Of a stretch of DNA of 64,000 nt, positions 59,137 through 64,000 are shown piece after piece. Each line of letters begins with the position of its first letter. The stretch's first letter is position 1. This DNA is from Candidatus Latescibacterota bacterium (GTDB lineage Bacteria > Latescibacterota > UBA2968 > UBA8231). The stretch is from NCBI GenBank assembly GCA_965261395.1, contig OZ253462.1, positions 576,001 to 640,000 on the forward strand. Reading direction: 5' to 3'. The position numbers and the translations under genes were made by a program. The notes under the pieces are model-generated. The model was not told the DNA's origin. It saw only the letters and a list, made by a program, of their open reading frames with translations, and searched no databases.

Positions 59137-59165
59137 AATCTAGGGGAAAGGCTCATATTCGTCAA
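59137..59165 (-). promoter_or_regulatory. Sigma70-type promoter for uppS-cdsA-rseP-queG
   Basis: TTGACG-N17-TAGATT on the minus strand. Confidence 0.6.
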
Positions 59166-59188
59166 GCAAGCCTAGGTGCCAGATGCGC

Positions 59189-59217
59189 TTGACGCCCATT
59201 CTAGGGGCCAGTATTAT
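59189..59217 (+). promoter_or_regulatory. Sigma70-type promoter, probably giving a leaderless transcript
   Basis: TTGACG-N17-TATTAT, ending 7 nt before ATG 59225. Confidence 0.7.
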
Positions 59218-59224
59218 GGTACTT

Positions 59225-59821
59225 ATGAAGAATGAGGCGACGCGCGCCCGCAAAGAACGGCTCAGAAAGCGCGTCCTAGCGGTGCGCATGGGGTTGGACC
59301 GCAGCCAAGTAGAGGTCGGCGGGCAGGCCATATTAGAGAAGGTCCTGGGGCTGGAGGCGTACCGCCGGGCCAAGCTCGTCCACACCTATGTCTCCAGCAA
59401 GGAAAGCGAGGTCGATACCCGCGTGTTGATCGGCACTTGCCTAGCGCACGGCAAGCGGGTGGCCGTGCCGGTGGTGACGCCGGGCACGAGGACGATGGCC
59501 CACGCGCTGATCGACAGCCTGGACCAGCTCGTCGTCGGCCCCTGGGGGCTAGCGCAACCTGATCCCGCTGAGGCAGTTTGGCTGCCCTCAGAAGCTCGCA
59601 TAGACTTGGTCGTCGTACCGGGTCTTGCCTTTGACCGGCGCGGGCATCGCATCGGCTGGGGCGGCGGCTACTACGACCGCTTTTTAGCGCAAGTGCAAAC
59701 CATCAAAATAGGGCTGTGCTACGACGAGCTAGTCCTAGACTGCATTCCCGGCGAGCCGCACGATGTGCCCATGGACATGGTCGTCGCCGCAACCGCCATT
59801 TACCAAGGAGGGACCGCATGA
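59225..59821 (+). CDS. ygfA: 5-formyltetrahydrofolate cyclo-ligase
   Basis: SEVDT, VPGLAFD, RIGWGGGYYDR, HDVPMD. Confidence 0.93.
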   Translation: MKNEATRARKERLRKRVLAVRMGLDRSQVEVGGQAILEKVLGLEAYRRAKLVHTYVSSKESEVDTRVLIGTCLAHGKRVAVPVVTPGTRTMAHALIDSLDQLVVGPWGLAQPDPAEAVWLPSEARIDLVVVPGLAFDRRGHRIGWGGGYYDRFLAQVQTIKIGLCYDELVLDCIPGEPHDVPMDMVVAATAIYQGGTA

Positions 59822-60132
59822 TCTACGAATTGCGCATCTACCGCTTCCACAAGGGAGCCGACAACAAGAAAAAATTCCTCGCCGGCTTTACCAAGGCCCG
59901 CCGCTTCATGCCTAAGTACGGCGTGACGTTTGTCGCCGCGTGGGAAAATCCCGACCGCGACGATGAGTTCATCTGGATTCGCGCCTTCCCCAACGCCAAG
60001 GCCCGCGACAAGGCGATTGAAGCATATTACGCCAGCCCGGAATGGGCCAAGATCGTCGATCAGATCCGCCCGCTAATCCGCCGGCGGGAGGTGCGGGTGA
60101 TGAAAGCATTGCCCTATTCGACCCTAAAATAA
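59818..60132 (+). CDS. NIPSNAP family protein
   Basis: MIYELRIY; ATGA overlap with ygfA; GGAGG RBS. Confidence 0.85.
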   Translation: MIYELRIYRFHKGADNKKKFLAGFTKARRFMPKYGVTFVAAWENPDRDDEFIWIRAFPNAKARDKAIEAYYASPEWAKIVDQIRPLIRRREVRVMKALPYSTLK

Positions 60133-61127
60133 TGTTCCGCATCGGCTCAATAACCGCTGATCCCGGCATCCTGCTAGCGCCCATGGAGGATGTCTCCGAG
60201 CTACCGTTCCGCCTGATTTGCAGGGAACTGGGAGCCGACGTCGTCTATACCGAATTCGTCAATGCCGAGGGGCTGCTGCGCGAAGATCCCGACGGGCCGC
60301 GCCGCGCTTTTCGCAAGCTGCGCTTTTCAGAAGCTGAGCGGCCTTTGGCGATCCAGCTCTACGGCGCGGCCTCGCTGTCTATGGAAAAAGCCACTGAGAT
60401 CGCTAGCGCGCAGGATCCAGACTTCATCGACATCAACTGCGGCTGCTGGGTGAGCAATGTGGCGCTGCGCGGAGCCGGGGCCGGGCTTCTGCGCGACTTG
60501 CCGCAGATGAAGGAGGTCGTCTCGCGCGTCATCGGCGCGACGCATTTGCCGGTGACTGTGAAGACGCGCCTCGGCTGGGACCAGCAGAGCATCCGCATTG
60601 TCGAGGTAGCCCAGATGCTCGAGGATCTGGGCGTACAGGCGCTGGCTATTCACTGCCGCACCCGCGCGCAAGGCCACAAGGGCGCGGTGGACTACGAGTG
60701 GATACCCAAGGTCAAGGCGGCGGTCTCGATACCGATCATTCTCAACGGCGACCTGACCTCGCCGCAGACGGTCAAACACGCCTTCGACAGCACGGGATGC
60801 GACGGGGTGATGATCGGCCGCGGCGCCATCCGCCATCCGTGGATTTTCCGCGAATCCCAGCACTACCTAAAGACGGGTGCGCTCTTGCCCGAACCAAGCC
60901 GACAGGAGCGCACCGAGCTGTGCCTCAAGCACCTGCGGCTGGCCGTTGAGCACGGCGGTCCGCAGGAGGCGCTGGTCGGCGTGCGACGCCACTACGCCGG
61001 GTACTTTCGCGGTCTGCGCGGCGCGGCGCAGCTCAGAGCCGAACTGGCCAGCTACAAGGAGCTAACTCCCTTGTTGGCGCGCCTTGCGGAGCTGCGCGAC
61101 ACCGATCCAGAACGCCTCGCCGCCTAA
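60132..61127 (+). CDS. dusB: tRNA-dihydrouridine synthase
   Basis: LAPMEDV, DINCGC, VTVKTRLG, HCRT, NGD, MIGRGA. Confidence 0.9.
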   Translation: MFRIGSITADPGILLAPMEDVSELPFRLICRELGADVVYTEFVNAEGLLREDPDGPRRAFRKLRFSEAERPLAIQLYGAASLSMEKATEIASAQDPDFIDINCGCWVSNVALRGAGAGLLRDLPQMKEVVSRVIGATHLPVTVKTRLGWDQQSIRIVEVAQMLEDLGVQALAIHCRTRAQGHKGAVDYEWIPKVKAAVSIPIILNGDLTSPQTVKHAFDSTGCDGVMIGRGAIRHPWIFRESQHYLKTGALLPEPSRQERTELCLKHLRLAVEHGGPQEALVGVRRHYAGYFRGLRGAAQLRAELASYKELTPLLARLAELRDTDPERLAA

Positions 61128-61296
61128 TTCTCGCCCTTCTGCGCTTTCGCTGGACTGGTCCGACCCTGTTACCGTACAAGATACATTAATTTTTTCTATT
61201 AATAACATAGCAATAATCAATTTGCCCAATGAATAGAACCCTCTAACTTTAGCTGGCGGCAAACGACACAACTCTTCAATACAAAAGGAGACACCC

Positions 61297-62610
61297 GTGA
61301 ACCAACCCACATCCATCGCCCCGGCCACGGGCAAACTCGGCGTCCTAATCCCCGGCATGGGCGCTGTGGCCACCACGGTTATCGCCGGCGTCGAAGCCAT
61401 CAAAGCCGGCATCGGCCAGCCCATCGGCTCGCTGACCCAGATGGGCACCATCCGCCTAGGCAAGCGCACCGAAGGACGCTCGCCGCTCATCAAGGACTTC
61501 GTGCCTCTGGCCGGCATCGACAGTCTGGTCTTCGGCGGCTGGGATGTCTTTCCAGAAGACGCCTATGACTCCGCCGTTCACGCCGGTGTCTTGGACAACA
61601 AGCTGCTCGACCAGCTAGCGGACCCGCTCAAGGCCGTCAAGCCGATGCCCGCAGTTTTCGACCGCAACTACGTGCGCCGCCTCGAAGGCTCTAACGTCAA
61701 AAGCGCCAAGAGCAAGTGGGATGCCGTGCTGGAAGTGCGCGAAGACATCCAGCGCTTCAAGGCCGACAACCGCGTCGAGCGGCTGGTGATGATCTGGTGC
61801 GGCAGCACCGAGATTTTCATGGAGCACCACGAAGTACACAACGATATTGAGAGCCTCGAAAAAGCCATCCGGGAAAACCACCCGGCCATTCCCCCGAGCA
61901 TGATCTACGCCTACGCCGCGCTACAGGAAGGCGTGCCCTTTCTAAACGGCGCGCCGAACTTGACTGTGGACGTCCCGGCCATGGTCGAACTGGCGCGGCA
62001 AAAGGGCGTGCCCATCGGCGGCAAGGATTTCAAGACCGGCCAGACCCTGATGAAGACCCTGATAGCTCCTGGCCTCAAGGCGCGGATGCTCGGCGTGCGG
62101 GGCTGGTTTTCGACCAACATCTTGGGCAATCGCGACGGCGAGGTGCTCGACGATCCCGATTCGTTCAAGACCAAGGAAGTCAGCAAGCTCGACGTGCTGG
62201 AGTTCATCTTGCAGCCCGATCTCTACCCCGAGCTCTACGGCGATATTTACCACAAAGTGCGGATCAACTACTATCCTCCGCGCGGCGACGAGAAGGAGGG
62301 CTGGGACAACATCGACATCTTCGGCTGGCTGGGAATGCCCATGCAGATCAAGATCGATTTCCTCTGCCGCGATTCGATTCTCGCCGCGCCGCTGGTCTTG
62401 GACTTGGTGCTGTTTACTGACTTGGCGCAGCGAGCGAATATGGCGGGGATCCAAGAGTGGCTGTCGTTTTACTTCAAAAGCCCGATGACCGCGCCCGACC
62501 TCTACCCCGAGCACGACCTCTTTATCCAGCTAATGAAGCTAAAGAACACGCTGCGCTTCCTGCAGGACGAAGACCTGATTACCCACTTGGGGCACGAGTA
62601 CTACGACTAG
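61297..62610 (+). CDS. ino1: Inositol-3-phosphate synthase
   Basis: FGGWD, WCGSTE, NGAP, GKDFKTGQT, STNILGNRDG, RDSILAAP. Confidence 0.93.
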   Translation: MNQPTSIAPATGKLGVLIPGMGAVATTVIAGVEAIKAGIGQPIGSLTQMGTIRLGKRTEGRSPLIKDFVPLAGIDSLVFGGWDVFPEDAYDSAVHAGVLDNKLLDQLADPLKAVKPMPAVFDRNYVRRLEGSNVKSAKSKWDAVLEVREDIQRFKADNRVERLVMIWCGSTEIFMEHHEVHNDIESLEKAIRENHPAIPPSMIYAYAALQEGVPFLNGAPNLTVDVPAMVELARQKGVPIGGKDFKTGQTLMKTLIAPGLKARMLGVRGWFSTNILGNRDGEVLDDPDSFKTKEVSKLDVLEFILQPDLYPELYGDIYHKVRINYYPPRGDEKEGWDNIDIFGWLGMPMQIKIDFLCRDSILAAPLVLDLVLFTDLAQRANMAGIQEWLSFYFKSPMTAPDLYPEHDLFIQLMKLKNTLRFLQDEDLITHLGHEYYD

Positions 62611-62612
62611 TC

Positions 62613-63380
62613 TCACCAAAGCGTGTACCCACCATCGACGACCAAGTCGTGACCAGTCGCGTAGGCCGAAGCGTCCGAAGCGAGAAAAACGACGGCACCC
62701 TGATAGTCGGTTGGGACGCCCAAGCGGCCCATCGGGGTGTTGGCTAGCCAAGCGTTTCTCGTCTCGTCTTCGGCGTGGGCGGTCATGGGGGTGAGCGTGT
62801 GGCCGGGGCTGATGGAATTGACGCGGACGCCACGCGCGGCCCATTCTGCGGCGCATACTCTAGTTAGCTGGTAGGCACCTGCCTTGGCGGCGTTGTAATG
62901 GCCGTGCTGTTGGGGGCGGTTGACGGTGTGGGACGAGATCGAGACGACGTTGATGATCGAGCCGGAGCCTCGTTGCAGCATGGCGCGGCCCTCGGCCTGG
63001 CAGCAGAGGAAAACGGCCTTGAGGTCGAGGTCGAGGACCCGGTCCCAATCGGCCTCGCTGATGTCCTCAATGGGGCCGCGCAAGGCAATGCCGGCGCTAT
63101 TGACGCCGATGTCCAGCCGACCCCAATCGGCGAGGACGCTATCGATCATATTTTCGACTTGGTCCTTGGCGGTGACATCCGCAGCGATGGCTAGGGTCTG
63201 GCGACCGAGATTCTCAATTCGGGCACAGGTATCGGCGGCACCAGCGGCGTTGATGTCGGCGAGGGCCACATCCGCACCGGCCTCGGCGAGGGCAACGGCG
63301 AGAGCCTGCCCAATGCCAGAGCCACCGCCGGTGACCAGTGCCTTGCGGTCGAGGAGGGAGAAGCGGTCGAGGATGCCCAT
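62613..63380 (-). CDS. Short-chain dehydrogenase/reductase
   Basis: TGGGSGIG, YNAAK, DGGYT. Confidence 0.9.
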   Translation of the reverse strand: MGILDRFSLLDRKALVTGGGSGIGQALAVALAEAGADVALADINAAGAADTCARIENLGRQTLAIAADVTAKDQVENMIDSVLADWGRLDIGVNSAGIALRGPIEDISEADWDRVLDLDLKAVFLCCQAEGRAMLQRGSGSIINVVSISSHTVNRPQQHGHYNAAKAGAYQLTRVCAAEWAARGVRVNSISPGHTLTPMTAHAEDETRNAWLANTPMGRLGVPTDYQGAVVFLASDASAYATGHDLVVDGGYTLW

Positions 63381-63418
63381 TTGCTCTTTATCGATCCGTG
63401 GACGAGAAAGGCGCGTCG

Positions 63419-64000
63419 CTACAAAGCTGAAGGAGTGAGCCTCATCCCCGAGTGCTTTTCAATCCCTTCGTCATTCCATTCAACACCCAAGCCAGGCTGG
63501 TCGGAGATGGTTAGGAAGCCTTCTTCGTCGAGGGAAAAGGGCGCGCTGATGAGGTCCTCAATATAGGGGGACGGGGTGATGTATTCTACCCAACGGGCGG
63601 TCGGCACGGCCGCTACTAGCTGCAGGTCGGCCGCCAGTCCGACGGCAGTGTTCCAGCCGTGCGGAACGAAGAGCACCGAGTGGTCGTAGGCGTACATCGC
63701 GATGCGGAACTCCTCGGTGAGGCCGCCGACCTTGGTGACGTCGGGTTGGATGTAGTCAACCGCTCGGCGCTCGATCCAGGGGAGGAAGGACTGCCGGCGC
63801 GTCAACACCTCGCAGCCCGTAATCGGCAAGGGAGCGTGCTCGGTGAGTTTGATGTACCCTTCGATATCGTCGGGACGCAGGGCTTCCTCGAACCAAGCGA
63901 CACCATAGCTGGCGAGCATGCGGGCGGTTTCGATCGCCCATTTGTAGCCGTGCGGCCAGTACTGATCGGAGCCCCCCGCATCGACCATCAGCTCGACATC
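63419..64000 (-). CDS. Mandelate racemase/muconate lactonizing family enzyme, 5' end outside the window
   Basis: LMVDAG, WFEE, GCE, IQPD, VPHGW, PGLG. Confidence 0.88.
   Translation of the reverse strand, partial: DVELMVDAGGSDQYWPHGYKWAIETARMLASYGVAWFEEALRPDDIEGYIKLTEHAPLPITGCEVLTRRQSFLPWIERRAVDYIQPDVTKVGGLTEEFRIAMYAYDHSVLFVPHGWNTAVGLAADLQLVAAVPTARWVEYITPSPYIEDLISAPFSLDEEGFLTISDQPGLGVEWNDEGIEKHSGMRLTPSAL

Noticed and set aside
59030-59224. 6S RNA upstream of ygfA
   Set aside because: The space holds two divergent promoters and short hairpins, not a ~180-nt rod.
32379-61229. Shared 11-mer AATTTGCCCAA upstream of the Gfo/Idh/MocA gene (32379) and ino1 (61219)
   Set aside because: Only two copies, both explicable as TTGCCC -35 elements; too weak to call a regulon.
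2000-63950. Numerous antisense and out-of-frame ORFs in the six-frame track
   Set aside because: Shadow ORFs expected at high GC; each overlaps a gene with clear family motifs.

Overview
A ~60% GC window from a diderm bacterium; the Latescibacterota/Gemmatimonadota-like lineage is a guess from gene style only. It has two parts. (1) About 1-28.6 kb is a compositionally patchy accessory region of catabolic enzymes (BNR/sialidase-like protein, M55/M19/S66 peptidases, sulfatase, Gfo/Idh/MocA, SDR, AKR, enolase family, ALDH) with many deletion scars and pseudogenes. It includes an eroding integron-cassette-like array at about 16.4-23.5 kb: one intact-looking and three broken attC-like sites, no integrase in the window, and an IS5 inserted in a PHP phosphatase gene. 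(2) About 28.7-64 kb is more resident backbone: a COG3014/LpoB-like/beta-barrel operon, a CLC with CBS domains, fhs, a Kv-like channel, a PLP decarboxylase, a TonB-dependent receptor, ftsY, queG, rseP-cdsA-uppS, 5-FTHF cyclo-ligase, dusB and ino1. Strongest oddities: a CLC with Gln at the gating-glutamate position; a voltage-gated channel with a TGGYAD filter and a phage-like beta-repeat in its S1-S2 loop; an ALDH lacking its catalytic Glu; and an apparent CCWGG-to-CTTGG/CCAAG decay footprint separating resident from newly acquired genes. No rRNA, tRNA or CRISPR array was seen. All calls come from reading motifs by eye; no database searches were run.
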